Source of the DNA: Leptolyngbyaceae cyanobacterium
GTDB lineage: Bacteria; Cyanobacteriota; Cyanobacteriia; Phormidesmidales; Phormidesmidaceae
Length of the DNA stretch: 64,000 bases
Direction of reading: 5' to 3'
Assembly: GCA_050042805.1 (NCBI GenBank)
Contig: JBHJJI010000110.1
Coordinates: forward strand, 12,672 to 76,671
Shown here: in pieces, positions 53,728 through 64,000 of the stretch
Layout: every line of letters starts with the position of its first letter
How positions within the stretch are numbered: position 1 is the first letter of the stretch
Translations under genes and position numbers: made by a program
Notes under the pieces: generated by a model
Databases searched by the model: none
What the model was told of the DNA's origin: nothing
The model's input: the letters and a program-made list of their open reading frames with translations, nothing else

Positions 53728-54396
53728 TCAGTTCGATTCTTCTAAAAGCGGCTCCATCGCGGCTCCTACCACCTTGTGGTCGGGGTCGGCTCGCAGTTCT
53801 ACCAAGGCGTCTTTGGCAGCGGATGTATCAAAGTGCTTTAGTGCCGAGGCAGATCGCGCCCGCAAATAGGGGGCTTCTGCCGCTTTTAAGGCCAACAGTT
53901 GGGCCAGAGCCTGATCTTTTTGGTCAGAGTTAGCGAGTGACCCTAAAGCATCGATCGCGGCTTCTTGCACCGGTCGATCTTCGCCCGCGATCGCTACCTG
54001 ACAAACCTCCAAAAGCACTTCAGGACAGTCCATTTCGACGAGGGCGGCAAAGATGCTGATGCGTACGAGCCAATGGTCGTCTCTCACAAAACTTTGCAGC
54101 AAATGGGGGGCGGCAATTTGACCAAAGAGCGAGAGGGAGTTCGCCGCCTCAGCCCGCACATTGGGGGTATTGTCAAACATGATTAGTTCCAGTAGGCCCG
54201 CAAAGGCGTCAGCGGCCTTCTGTTGGCCCAATTCCCTGGCGACAAAAGTCCTCACCAAAAATTCCTCGTCCAAGATGTGCTTGGTGAGCAACGGGATGGC
54301 CACCTCGGGGGGATAGTCTCTGAGGGCCGCGATCGCCTTGATGCGATATTGGTAATCCGAATGTTGCAAATGGCTTTCGATCTGCTGCAATTCCAT
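53728..54396 (-). CDS. NblB-like HEAT-repeat protein (paralog 2)
   Basis: Colinear with 25659-26312: MELQQIES, EFLVRTFVA, PNVRAEAANSL, HWLVRISI. Confidence 0.75.
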   Translation of the reverse strand: MELQQIESHLQHSDYQYRIKAIAALRDYPPEVAIPLLTKHILDEEFLVRTFVARELGQQKAADAFAGLLELIMFDNTPNVRAEAANSLSLFGQIAAPHLLQSFVRDDHWLVRISIFAALVEMDCPEVLLEVCQVAIAGEDRPVQEAAIDALGSLANSDQKDQALAQLLALKAAEAPYLRARSASALKHFDTSAAKDALVELRADPDHKVVGAAMEPLLEESN

Positions 54397-54879
54397 AGGG
54401 GTTAGAAGCTGCGATGCAAGGTCAGTGACTCGATTACAACAATTCTAGGGGCTCGAGAGTCCGTTAGACAGGGGGCAAGGCCGACGCCGGAAAGAATGGT
54501 CGTGGGGCGATTCGTCGGTTCAACCGAGGGGATTGGCCGTAGAGTGTGGCCCAAATTTATCCACTATTAGCAATGGCTTGGGTTTAGGATTCAAGGTTTA
54601 GGGTTCAAGGTGGGTGACAGTCCAAGGATAGGGAGACTTCTGCCTGGCAGTATGAGGCGCTTTCCACAATATTCTTAATCAATTCTTTTCTGTGACTTGG
54701 GGGCGGGAGATGTGGTGCGAGAGGGGGGCTGATTGCCCAAGAATGTAAAGCCCACTCGGGATGCCAGCGGCTAGCGGCATGACCATAGCAACGAATTGTG
54801 ACGTTCCTCTCCTCCCTGACCGTGACCAGTATGTGGGCAGAGGTGGCCTGGTAAAATTAGGTGTTTGGACTCTTCACCT

Positions 54880-55458
54880 ATGTCGACATCACCGCTTAGT
54901 GAAAAAGTGCGAGAACTCATTCGGAACTCTCGTATTGTTAGCTTTGCCTCTTGGGATGATACCTATTCCACTGACGTCATTCAGTGTTTGCAAACAGCGG
55001 ATGATGAGAGTCGTTATCTGACGGATGAAGACTTGAGCCAACTTCAGACCTGGGTGCCGGAAACGGCTGCCTCGCTCGCCATCGTTCGGGCCTTCAGAGA
55101 TCAGGCGAGCGCCATTGTGGATGAAGCTCGGAGCCAGGTATTAGAGACCTTTCCGGGCATTACGCAAGCGGATGGTGATCTGTATCCGGCAGAGCGAGCC
55201 AAGGCCTGCTGGCGAGACTTTTGGCACTTTTTGCGGTGTATTACCTACGGCATTGCGGGGCAACGCACCGACTACACCAGCCCTGACGGTCTCCATTCAA
55301 TGCAATTACTGTATCAAGAGCTGCAGGTGCCTTTAGAGGCGATGGTGGTTGGTCTGGAAGGGATTAAGCAGGCTAGCTTAAAGCGGTTGGCGGCGTCTAC
55401 GCCTGATGCGGCCCCTTACTTTGACCACCTGATTCATGAATTAAAGCAGTTTCGCTAA
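54880..55458 (+). CDS. aplA: allophycocyanin-like orphan biliprotein AplA
   Basis: ADDESRYL, LYPAERAKACWRDFWHFLRCITYG globin-type biliprotein core with conserved Cys. Confidence 0.8.
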   Translation: MSTSPLSEKVRELIRNSRIVSFASWDDTYSTDVIQCLQTADDESRYLTDEDLSQLQTWVPETAASLAIVRAFRDQASAIVDEARSQVLETFPGITQADGDLYPAERAKACWRDFWHFLRCITYGIAGQRTDYTSPDGLHSMQLLYQELQVPLEAMVVGLEGIKQASLKRLAASTPDAAPYFDHLIHELKQFR

Positions 55459-56139
55459 CTGTTCCCCGGCCAGCTTGGCGGCGGCCGCCACCTGGGGATT
55501 GTCATCCTGGCTGAGATATTTCAACGCGGATTGACTTTGCGCAGTGGGCATATTACCGAGCGCTTCTGCCACTCGTTTGCGAATCATCCAATCCTTCGAA
55601 GGCACAAAGCGTAAGACTTGTTCAACCTGGGCCACACTGCCGATTTCCCCCAGTGCCATGATGGCGGCTTCTTGCACGAGGGCGCGATCGCTGTCGAGGG
55701 CAGTCAGTAATATGTCGATCGCCTGCGGGTCCTGCAAGTTGCCCAGCGCCACGGCAGCACTAAACTGCACCAGCCAGTTAGTGTCTTCCAAGAACACATG
55801 GCTGAGCGCGGTCAAGGCTTGGCGATCGCCCAGATATCCCAGCGCCCCTGCGGCCATCGCCCGCACGTTGTAGTCGGGATCCGATTCCAGCGTTTGCACC
55901 AGCAAGGCCAGACTGTCGGGCACGGGCTTAATCCCCAGGGCAAAGGCGGCCATTCCGCGCACCTGTTCGGCCTGATCTTGGAGCGCGATTTGCAACAGTG
56001 GCAAGGCGTCTTCGGCAGGCATCGATGCTTTTTGCAATTCCAGCATTGCCAACACCCGAGTCTTGAGGTGAGGGCTACTGAGCTGGTCGGATAGATCAGT
56101 TAACGGGGGCGGCAGATCATTTGGATTGAACGATGTCAC
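55441..56139 (-). CDS. nblB: NblB-type HEAT-repeat protein (paralog 3)
   Basis: [52 protein letters not shown]; likely GTG start overlapping the pcyA end. Confidence 0.7.
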   Translation of the reverse strand: MTSFNPNDLPPPLTDLSDQLSSPHLKTRVLAMLELQKASMPAEDALPLLQIALQDQAEQVRGMAAFALGIKPVPDSLALLVQTLESDPDYNVRAMAAGALGYLGDRQALTALSHVFLEDTNWLVQFSAAVALGNLQDPQAIDILLTALDSDRALVQEAAIMALGEIGSVAQVEQVLRFVPSKDWMIRKRVAEALGNMPTAQSQSALKYLSQDDNPQVAAAAKLAGEQLAKLL

Positions 56140-56881
56140 TCGTTTGCAGCTCCGTATCCATATCAAACAGCATGGTCGTCATATAGCGCTCTGTCCACTC
56201 TGTGCCAAAGGATTTTTCGAGAATGCGGCGGGTCTTATCGTTTTGCTGCTGCTTGGTACAGTAGTTCCGTTGACCGGCCACCACCCGCAAGATGTCTTTT
56301 GCTGAGGTCAGCGGCTGCGTGGTGCTGGCAACCTGACAATGCAGCGTCAAAAAGGCTCGCACGCGCTGGACAAATTGTGTTTCTTCAGCGGCATTCGTAG
56401 GCCGCACAAACAGACAATGGTCGGAAAAGATATCACCCCATTCCGGCAAATCCCGGGGTTGTGAGAACCCCAAAGACGGCAGCGTCGCTAATGACCGCTG
56501 GTAAGCCTCGGGTAACGAGCGATCGGGGCTGACGGGAGACAGATCGACGATCGCGGCACTAATGCCCCCGCCCCGCCGACCGACCAAATCAGTGCCAAAA
56601 ATCGGCAGATTGTAGTCAGAGTTGGGGAACATGACACAGTGCAAAATATCTAACCCATTGCCAATTTGGGCGAGTTCCATATGCAGCTTGCGAAACTGCG
56701 GCGTCTGATAGCAACAGTTTTCGATGACCACCTTTTCCTCTTCTAGGCTGCCTTCGATGTAGCCAAGATCGACGGGAATCTCATAGGGCGATAGATCTAG
56801 GCTTTGCTGCCAAACTGCTTCAATGCAGTTTGCCAGTTCTCGAATGACAGGATTTTGGAGGCTTCGCAGAGATGGTTGCAT
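56117..56881 (-). CDS. pcyA: phycocyanobilin:ferredoxin oxidoreductase
   Basis: [38 protein letters not shown]. Confidence 0.95.
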   Translation of the reverse strand: MQPSLRSLQNPVIRELANCIEAVWQQSLDLSPYEIPVDLGYIEGSLEEEKVVIENCCYQTPQFRKLHMELAQIGNGLDILHCVMFPNSDYNLPIFGTDLVGRRGGGISAAIVDLSPVSPDRSLPEAYQRSLATLPSLGFSQPRDLPEWGDIFSDHCLFVRPTNAAEETQFVQRVRAFLTLHCQVASTTQPLTSAKDILRVVAGQRNYCTKQQQNDKTRRILEKSFGTEWTERYMTTMLFDMDTELQTSDIVQSK

Positions 56882-57123
56882 GGACTTCAGAAGCGTTTTT
56901 ATTCAGCGGGAATCGTTGGGGGCTCCGCGTACCGAGCTGTACGAGAACGGCATCAGTCGCTTGGGCCAATCGCCTTAAATCAGATTACCGCCTAATTCTG
57001 GGAACATCGCCAGATTGAGACCAAAAGCATCATTCTGCGGTTGAGTGGCAGCGATCGCCGTTGGCCCACCGGCTCATACCCGGAGCGTCCCCGGCCTCTG
57101 GCCCTCCGGCGTTGCCAAGCTGC

Positions 57124-58287
57124 TTAGATCAGGCCCAGCGCATGCAGCGGCCCTTCTGCTAAGAACAGCTCTAGCATGACGGCCAAAACACCCACCATGG
57201 CCAGCCGCCCGTTCCACACTTCGGCGGAAGGGGTGAGCCCCCATGACCAGCGCTCTTGCGGATAGAGTTTGGTGTTCTCTTGGGGGCGAATGGTATCCGC
57301 GAATAAAACCGGTGGATCATTCAAGGCTTTGACGCTCAAGTCGGTCAGGGCCTGAATAAACATGGGTTCCGTATCGAGGGCGGGCACTCTGGCAAAGGTC
57401 TCAATACCAGCCGTTTCGGCCACTTCTCGATATTCCTGATCGATTTCTTCTAGCGTCTCGATATGCTCTGAGACAAAGCTGATCGGCACCACCACCAACT
57501 CTTTGATCCCTTCTTGAGCCAGGGCTTCAATCGCCTGATCGGTGTAGGGCTGTAACCATTCCACGGGGCCGACTCGACTTTGGTAAGCCAGGGTAAAGGC
57601 ATTGGCGGTGTTGAGCTGCGCCATGATGAGGGCGGCACACTTTTCAATTTCTTGCTGATAGGGGTCGCCAGATTCTTCGACATAGCTGACGGGCACGCCA
57701 TGGGCACTGAAGAAAATATGCGCCTGCTCCGGCTGATCGACTTGCTCTAGGGTGCGTTCGATCAGGGTGCTCATCGCCTTGACATACCCGGGGGCGTCGT
57801 ACCAGGAGGGCACCACCGTGTAGGGAATGGCTTGCAACACCGGATCGGCGGCCCAGAGTTTCTCGAGTACCCGAAAACTGGAGCCGCTGGTGCTAATGGA
57901 AAACTGGGGATAGAGCGGCAAAATCACGATTTGCTCAATGCGATCGCGCTTAATTTGGGCGATCGCCTCTTCGGTAAATGGGTGCCAGAAACGCATGCCC
58001 ACGTAAACCTGGGCGTCATAGCCTTGCGACTGCAGGCTGCTCTGGAGCGCGTCTGCCTGGGCTTCGGTGATGCGGCGTAGGGGGGACCCACCCCCAATTT
58101 TTTTGTAATTTTCTTCCGACTTCCGAGCTCGCAGGGTGGAAATCATCCACGCCAATGGCTTTTGCAACAGGGGTGACGGCAGTCGAATGATTTCGGGGTC
58201 AGAAAACAGGTTGTACAAAAAGGGCTGGACATCTTCGAGCTGACCAGGGCCTCCAAGGTTGAGTAGCAAGATACCGATGCGGGCCAT
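57124..58287 (-). CDS. hemH: ferrochelatase with C-terminal CAB domain
   Basis: [36 protein letters not shown]. Confidence 0.96.
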   Translation of the reverse strand: MARIGILLLNLGGPGQLEDVQPFLYNLFSDPEIIRLPSPLLQKPLAWMISTLRARKSEENYKKIGGGSPLRRITEAQADALQSSLQSQGYDAQVYVGMRFWHPFTEEAIAQIKRDRIEQIVILPLYPQFSISTSGSSFRVLEKLWAADPVLQAIPYTVVPSWYDAPGYVKAMSTLIERTLEQVDQPEQAHIFFSAHGVPVSYVEESGDPYQQEIEKCAALIMAQLNTANAFTLAYQSRVGPVEWLQPYTDQAIEALAQEGIKELVVVPISFVSEHIETLEEIDQEYREVAETAGIETFARVPALDTEPMFIQALTDLSVKALNDPPVLFADTIRPQENTKLYPQERWSWGLTPSAEVWNGRLAMVGVLAVMLELFLAEGPLHALGLI

Positions 58288-58644
58288 TGAATTACTCACG
58301 GTTTTAAGTGCAGTGTCGGGCGGGTGATCTCTTTGGCGCATAAACCTTGTCCAGATTCAGACCGGGAGTTTTCACATCCCGCCTTCCCATCGCGCTGACG
58401 GCACCTCGATCAAGCTGGAGGCTGAGCAGAGGGGGGAAACAAAACGTCAGTTTTTAATCTGAGCGAACTTAACAGGTTCATCACTTTAGACCTCACTGAC
58501 GCTCAACAGACGCTTGCTCAAGACTGGCTTGAGTCAGGTATCTTAAGTTGATCGTCACTTTGATGAATAAAGATTGACTTCCAAAAAGTTTTCTTATCTA
58601 TTTCCATGGTTATCGCAGGTGGTACCCTGAGTCCATGAACTTTT

Positions 58645-59139
58645 GTGAATTCAGAGGCCATCACCTTGAGCGATCGCGACGCTGGACGGATGTTGCTCTC
58701 CCATAACTTCACGGTCTCTGATGACCAGGTACCGGCCCTGAGTCGTGCGGCCTTTGCCGAAGTTTTTCAAGCGGGGTTAAAGGCTGATACACGCTTGCAA
58801 TGCGCTCCGATTGAGCATCCCCATTGGCAGGTTGAGATTTGGTTTCCCCCCGATCAGCTCTCCCCGGCTCAAGTGGGCGAATGGTGTGCCCAAACCTTGG
58901 CAGCCCAGCGGCGATCGCAGTCGCCAAGCCAGTCGATTCCCACTATCTTGATTTTGGGCGGACTGAAAACCACGCCCCCCACCAGTGATTCGCCCACCGC
59001 ACTGCAGCCGGATGAATGGGGCGTTGACGTGGTCGAAACCGATTCGGGTGAGGCGTTTTTGCAGAGTATTGGCTGGGAGGCCACGATTGCCCAGCGGCCC
59101 CCAGAGAGTGTCTTCAAAGTTGAGATAGCGGCTGTGTGA
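58645..59139 (+). CDS. DUF2656 family protein
   Basis: RMLLSHNF, HPHW, LGGLK, EWGVDVVET, IGWE motifs. Confidence 0.75.
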   Translation: MNSEAITLSDRDAGRMLLSHNFTVSDDQVPALSRAAFAEVFQAGLKADTRLQCAPIEHPHWQVEIWFPPDQLSPAQVGEWCAQTLAAQRRSQSPSQSIPTILILGGLKTTPPTSDSPTALQPDEWGVDVVETDSGEAFLQSIGWEATIAQRPPESVFKVEIAAV

Positions 59140-59142
59140 ACC

Positions 59143-59847
59143 ATGCCAGCCACCTCAAGAGAGTTCATTTTTTCAGTTATTAAGGGGGATACGGCAGCCG
59201 TTGAGCGTTTGCTGGCCGAGGGCATCGAGCCTAATGTGACTGATCAAGCGACGACTCACGGCGATGGCAACACTGCGCTGATGTGGGCCGCTTCCGAAGG
59301 GCACGTTGACATCGCCCAGCTCCTCATTAATCAGGGGGCCGAGATTAATGCCACCAATGGCGCTCAGTATTCAGCTTTAATGTTTGCGGTTGAAAGCGAT
59401 CGCAGCCCCATGATTAGCTTGCTGCTAGATCGGGGAGCTGATGTTCAGGTGCGCAATCCCTACGGCGAGACCCCGCTGATGATCATGGCGCGGCAGGGCC
59501 AAACCGCGATCGTCAAACAGTTATTGGCCCTCGGGGCGGAGATCCATGCCACCAATAAAATTGGGGATACGGCTCTCTATTTAGCCGCCGAGCGCGGTCA
59601 CCTTTACACCGCCAAAGCGCTGCTGGCCTTGGGGGGCGACCCCAATACTGCCAATTTAGGCGGCTGGACACCCCTCATGATGGCGGCCGCCCAAGGCAAC
59701 TTAGAAATGATCACGCTGCTGCTAGAGCAGGGCGCTGACGTTCGCCCGCACAATCGCTGGGGCGCAACGGCACTGAGTGAAGCCCACAAATCTTTTCGCG
59801 CTCGACAGGCAACTGAGCTATTGATTCAGGCAGGCGCTACGGAATAG
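59143..59847 (+). CDS. ankyrin repeat protein
   Basis: Repeated G.T(A/P)LM.AA..G..LL..GA(D/E).N. Confidence 0.92.
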   Translation: MPATSREFIFSVIKGDTAAVERLLAEGIEPNVTDQATTHGDGNTALMWAASEGHVDIAQLLINQGAEINATNGAQYSALMFAVESDRSPMISLLLDRGADVQVRNPYGETPLMIMARQGQTAIVKQLLALGAEIHATNKIGDTALYLAAERGHLYTAKALLALGGDPNTANLGGWTPLMMAAAQGNLEMITLLLEQGADVRPHNRWGATALSEAHKSFRARQATELLIQAGATE

Positions 59848-60368
59848 GCTAACTGATGGCGATGAACTGATGGCGAGTGGGGGATGCTCGTATCCACTGC
59901 GGAGGGAATCTGCCCCCTCGACCTTGCTTCCTGACCAGGTGGCGGCGTTGTCGTCTGAGCCGTCAACGTTGCAGACAGCCGACAGTCGGTCTCATGGCTA
60001 AATAAAGTTTAGTGAATAAATATTGTCTTCTGTCCGAGGTCTTGGGTAACTGCTACGCCTCCTGCCCTGAATACTCTTTGGCGAGATTTAAATCAGAGGA
60101 TCAGGGTGCTGAATGTATATCAAGTCACCAAGATCAGTCCTGAACGTAAACATTAGTGAATCCTTCTAATGCAGAACGTCACCGCTGTTAGAAGATTGTT
60201 CATAACAAACCGTATAAATCTTTCGTAAAAGCTGAGCCAGCCTGAGCTTTTTGTTGATATCGAGTTGTTTTGGTCGTCGTTGTGTCAGTTTAAGGTACTG
60301 GACGACTGTTCAAAGCATCTAGCTTTGCGATATTTGCTTAACCTCTGCCGTTAGTCAGGAGTATTTGA

Positions 60369-61229
60369 ATGCCTTTTGGACCCGCATCAAGATTGGGAGT
60401 CAGCCTATTTGATGAGACTCCCCCCGTAGAATGGGTACCCGGTCGTTCTGATGAAGAGGCCGAATCTTATATTCGGGCTGTTTACCGTCAAGTTTTAGGC
60501 AATGCCTACGTGATGGAAAGTGAGCGTTTGGCCATCCCTGAGTCTCAATTTAAGTTGGGCGAGTTAAGCGTTCGCGAATTTGTGCGGGCGGTTGCCAAGT
60601 CAGACCTTTATCAGTCTCGCTTCTTTACCAGCTGCCCCCGCTATCGCGCAATTGAGTTGAACTTCCGGCATCTGTTGGGACGCACACCGTTCGATCTCGA
60701 AGAGATGCGGATGCACAGCACCATTCTCGATACAGAAGGGTTTGCTGCTGATATCGACTCCTACATCGATAGCGATGAGTATCAAACTACCTTTGGCGAA
60801 AACTTTGTTCCCTATATTCGGGGCTACAAAACCGAAGCCTGCGACAGTATGGTGCAGTTCACCCATCTGTTCCAAATGGTGCGGGGCGCTTCCAGCAGTA
60901 GCTTGAAGGCCGATTTGTCGGGCAAGACTCCTCGGCTCAATTCCCTGGTGATTCAACAAACCCCCATGCCTGTCGTCTCACCGGGTAGTGACGGCGCCAC
61001 CTTCCAAAATCCGCCGGTAGTAGCTCGTCAGCGTCAAGGGGTGGGTGCCTCTGCTGATGGCAAGGTCTATCGCGTTGAGGTGACTGGCTATCGGGCCAAA
61101 ACGGTCAACAAGATTTCTCAATTCCGGCGGTCTAACCAGGTTTACCTGGTGCCGTTCAATCAACTTTCTGAGACCTATCAGCGCATTCACCGCCAAGGCG
61201 GTGTGATTGCCAGCATTACTGCTGTTTAG
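60369..61229 (+). CDS. cpeC: phycoerythrin rod linker CpeC
   Basis: MPFGPASRLGVSLFDETPP, IRAVYRQVLGN, CpcD-like C-terminal domain. Confidence 0.93.
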   Translation: MPFGPASRLGVSLFDETPPVEWVPGRSDEEAESYIRAVYRQVLGNAYVMESERLAIPESQFKLGELSVREFVRAVAKSDLYQSRFFTSCPRYRAIELNFRHLLGRTPFDLEEMRMHSTILDTEGFAADIDSYIDSDEYQTTFGENFVPYIRGYKTEACDSMVQFTHLFQMVRGASSSSLKADLSGKTPRLNSLVIQQTPMPVVSPGSDGATFQNPPVVARQRQGVGASADGKVYRVEVTGYRAKTVNKISQFRRSNQVYLVPFNQLSETYQRIHRQGGVIASITAV

Positions 61230-61395
61230 GCAATGAGCCCGGCACCCCAGTGGTCAAGCTTGCGAGTTTTGTCGTGGGTTGGTCACTGGGCGGCAGGTCA
61301 CTCTCCGCAGATAGTCAGTGATGTGTCGCTGCGGATTTTCTAAATAATCAACTTTTTGATTTTTTGTTTAGTCATTTTTAGGAGATGAAATCCCC

Positions 61396-62130
61396 ATGCT
61401 TGAGCTATGGCCCACCAGCAGTTCGGAAGACGTTCAAATCATTGTTCGCGCCGTTTATAAGCAGGTTTTGGGTAATCCCCATGTGATGGAAAGTGAGCGC
61501 TTGACAACGGCAGCATCGCAACTCGCCGATCGCTCCATCACCGTTCGAGAGTTTGTGCGGGCGGTCGCGAAGTCTGACTTTTACCGCTCTCGCTACTTTG
61601 AGTCTTGTGCCCCCTATCGTTTTGTCGAGCTGAACTTCTTGCATCTGCTGGGGCGTGCGCCTCAAGATCAGCGGGAAATCTCTGAGCATATTATTCGCTG
61701 TGTCGCTGAAGGCTATGACGCCGAGATTGATTCGTATCTCGACAGCGATGAGTATCAATCGGCCTTTGGCGAAAATGTCGTGCCCTGTTATCGGGGTGAG
61801 GCGAGTGCGACGAATGCGAAGCAGGTGGGGTATAACCGCATCTTTGCGCTCAATCGTGGCCCCGCTCAGATTGATAGCAGTGTCAAAGCCTCACAGCTCG
61901 TCGGTGCCCTAGGCGGTAATTTGGCTAATAAGATTAAGCCTTCTACCGCAACGGTGATTGGCTCTGGTACCGAAAAGCGGTTCAAAATCTTGACCACGGC
62001 GGCTAAGTTTGATGCCCCCCGTCGGGTAAGCAGCAATGAGTACATCGTGTCTGCGAGTAAGATGACGCCCCAGATCAAACGCATTAATAAGACCGGGGCC
62101 AAGATCGTCAGCATTACTGAGATTGCTTAG
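61396..62130 (+). CDS. cpeD: phycoerythrin rod linker CpeD
   Basis: LELWP, VLGNPHVMESERL, second linker of the cpeCDE operon. Confidence 0.9.
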   Translation: MLELWPTSSSEDVQIIVRAVYKQVLGNPHVMESERLTTAASQLADRSITVREFVRAVAKSDFYRSRYFESCAPYRFVELNFLHLLGRAPQDQREISEHIIRCVAEGYDAEIDSYLDSDEYQSAFGENVVPCYRGEASATNAKQVGYNRIFALNRGPAQIDSSVKASQLVGALGGNLANKIKPSTATVIGSGTEKRFKILTTAAKFDAPRRVSSNEYIVSASKMTPQIKRINKTGAKIVSITEIA

Positions 62131-62140
62131 GAAGTGTTGG

Positions 62141-62170
62141 GCCTGAGGGGATCTAACCCTCAGGCTTTTT
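62141..62170 (+). terminator. internal terminator/attenuator between cpeD and cpeE
   Basis: GCCTGAGGG-GATCTAA-CCCTCAGGC-TTTTT. Confidence 0.75.
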
Positions 62171-62217
62171 GAAATCTAGATATAAAGCTGTGTTGAGAAA
62201 ATAAGGAGAATATTACG

Positions 62218-62985
62218 ATGGCTCTCTGGCTTGCCGATGCCGATGTTTTAGAACTTCGACCTAATTTCACTGAAGATGATCTGCAACTGATCATTCGGGC
62301 TGCCTATAAGCAAGTTTTGGGTAATGCGCACCTGATGGAATCTCAGCGGTTGGTGACGGCTGAGTCGCAATTGCGCGATCGCGACATTACCGTTAAAGGC
62401 TTTGTGCGGGCGATCGCGCAGTCTGATTTATATCAGTCTTTGTTTTTCGAGACGTCGTCGCCCTATCGCTTCGTCGAACTCAATTTCAAGCATTTATTGG
62501 GCCGCGCCCCCCAAGACCAAACGGAAATTTCTGAGCATGTCAGGCTCTATAACGAGCAGGGCTACACAGCAGAAATCAATTCCTACCTGGATAGCGGTGA
62601 ATACGACGCTAAGTTTGGTGAGAATGTTGTGCCCTCTGTTCAGGGCAACAAGACCCAAACCGGCATTAAAAATGTGGGCTTCAACCGCACGTTTTCTTTG
62701 TGTCGGGGCGACGCCACGAGCGATGCGGGCAAGTCGGCTAGCCTGATTAGTGAGGTGGCGGGCAATCGGGGTACCAAAATTGTCAGTCCGGCGCGGAGCA
62801 GTGGTGCTGGCAGCAGTCGCGATAAGCGCTTCCGCATTACGGTCGCCAAAGCGAGCTATGGGCCTCGGGTCACCCAAAGTAATCGGGTCTTTGAGGTGGG
62901 CTATGCTCAGCTCTCCAAAAAGATTCAAAACATCCAAAAGACCGGTGGCAAAATCACCAAAATCGCTGAAGTCGCTAATGCTTAG
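62218..62985 (+). CDS. cpeE: phycoerythrin rod linker CpeE
   Basis: MALW..ELRPN, IRAAYKQVLGN, third linker. Confidence 0.9.
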   Translation: MALWLADADVLELRPNFTEDDLQLIIRAAYKQVLGNAHLMESQRLVTAESQLRDRDITVKGFVRAIAQSDLYQSLFFETSSPYRFVELNFKHLLGRAPQDQTEISEHVRLYNEQGYTAEINSYLDSGEYDAKFGENVVPSVQGNKTQTGIKNVGFNRTFSLCRGDATSDAGKSASLISEVAGNRGTKIVSPARSSGAGSSRDKRFRITVAKASYGPRVTQSNRVFEVGYAQLSKKIQNIQKTGGKITKIAEVANA

Positions 62986-63339
62986 CGGTTCGTCAGCTGC
63001 GCAGTGTCTGCTGAAGATCGTGAGATCGTAGTTGACCTGCCGGTGAGAGGTGATTCTGGCATCAGTCATGATGAGACCCAAATTGCCTTTAACCCGATGC
63101 CCGGTGATGCGATCGCGCCCGCCAATCGGTCGAGCCTCTAGATGAATCGATCAGCACCTAATAACTACCCCGGTAGCTGAGCCAGCGTTTGGCCCTCATT
63201 GATCGGACTGAATTCTGGCTTTTCTCACCTGTGCTCAAGACTGATTGAGGGCGATCGCAGGGCGTCCGTCCCCTTAGCCGCTGTCAAGATATCGCCGCGT
63301 TAACGCCATTTGGCCGCATTCGCTAAAAGCGTAATTTTC

Positions 63340-63876
63340 ATGGATATTCAGGAATTTGTCGAACGATCAATCGGGCAGTGGCGCTCTCAGCGGAGTGCTC
63401 ATCACCTGACGTTTGGCCATTTCGAGGCAGTCGAGTCCATTATCGACATCGAGCCTGTCTCCCGTGACGCGGCGGCAGTCGTGGATCTCTGTAAGGTTTA
63501 CGACATTGATCCACAACAAATTGTGGCTCCGTTTGAAATGCGCTGGGAAGGCTATTCCGACTGGGATGAAGGCAAAGAGGTGATGAAAGGCTCCTCCGTT
63601 TTGGTGCCGGTGCCTGATCCGCAGCAGCCTGGCTGCGGCAAGCTTTTACGCGAGCAGGGCTATGCCGAAACCATGGCGGCAGCTGGCGATTATCGCCTGA
63701 CGGCAGAGGGCACTTTTGTGCTGGAAACGGCCTACGATCGCGCCGCCGCCGAAGAGAAAATTTGGTTTGTCAATCCCAATGTCCGCTGTCGCGTCTCGCT
63801 GATTAAAACCAGTGCCGGTTCGGGTGTGGTCACCGCCTCCTTTTCCTCAGAAATTCGGCAGCAGCAGACCCCCTAA
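63340..63876 (+). CDS. cpeS: PEB lyase CpeS
   Basis: SIGQWRSQRSAHHL, QGYAE, AAEEKIWF, ASFSSEIR. Confidence 0.88.
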   Translation: MDIQEFVERSIGQWRSQRSAHHLTFGHFEAVESIIDIEPVSRDAAAVVDLCKVYDIDPQQIVAPFEMRWEGYSDWDEGKEVMKGSSVLVPVPDPQQPGCGKLLREQGYAETMAAAGDYRLTAEGTFVLETAYDRAAAEEKIWFVNPNVRCRVSLIKTSAGSGVVTASFSSEIRQQQTP

Positions 63877-63891
63877 TAACCTCGTTTGACG

Positions 63892-64000
63892 ATGATGACC
63901 TCCCCTTTACCACCCACCTCCAAGACCTACTCTGAGGATCTAGTGACGCTGGCTCGCTGGATGGCTGGGGATTTTAGTAATGCGAAACAAGCAGCGGCCA
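63892..64000 (+). CDS. cpeT: CpeT lyase, N-terminal part (runs off window)
   Basis: Manual translation ...LVTLARWMAGDFSNAKQA, T-type lyase N-terminus, follows cpeS. Confidence 0.8.
   Translation, partial: MMTSPLPPTSKTYSEDLVTLARWMAGDFSNAKQAAA

Noticed and set aside
59850-60368. CcaR G-box or RcaC L-box upstream of cpeC (also checked cpcB and pcyA for L-box)
   Set aside because: No TTGCACA-N4-TTGCACA and at most one half of a G-box; chromatic acclimation type cannot be assigned

Overview
Chromosomal segment of a phycoerythrin-containing filamentous cyanobacterium (Leptolyngbya/Halomicronema-like by gene content; very frequent HIP1 GCGATCGC). It holds two phycobiliprotein/tetrapyrrole clusters. 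The first (11-30 kb) is nblA-cpeBA-cpeYZ-cpcM-[Uma2 insert]-cpeF-cpcBAEF-pebAB-cpeU-nblB-like-cpcV. The second (53.7-64 kb) is nblB-like-aplA-nblB-pcyA-hemH-DUF2656-ankyrin-cpeCDE-cpeS-cpeT. Housekeeping, transport and envelope genes fill the rest (pgi, xfp, ECF transporter, M17 peptidase, mscS, LCP, wbaP, O-antigen ligase, petL, petN, aroA, rsmB, cobH, msrB). No rRNA, tRNA, CRISPR, transposase or integrase was recognised. Highlights: (1) an integrase-less 1.2 kb Uma2 cassette between 44-bp direct repeats of the cpcM 3' end that centre on a HIP1 site; (2) about 15 miniature inverted-repeat elements from several families, which stack end-to-end at shared TA ends and carry different cargo inside one shared terminal repeat; (3) three NblB-like HEAT proteins, each next to a bilin reductase or the orphan biliprotein AplA, a candidate bilin recycling module; (4) an orphan polymorphic-toxin-like ORF; (5) recurring 10-bp-period HLR1/N-box-like promoter repeats. 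Family assignments come from recalled motifs, not from database searches.
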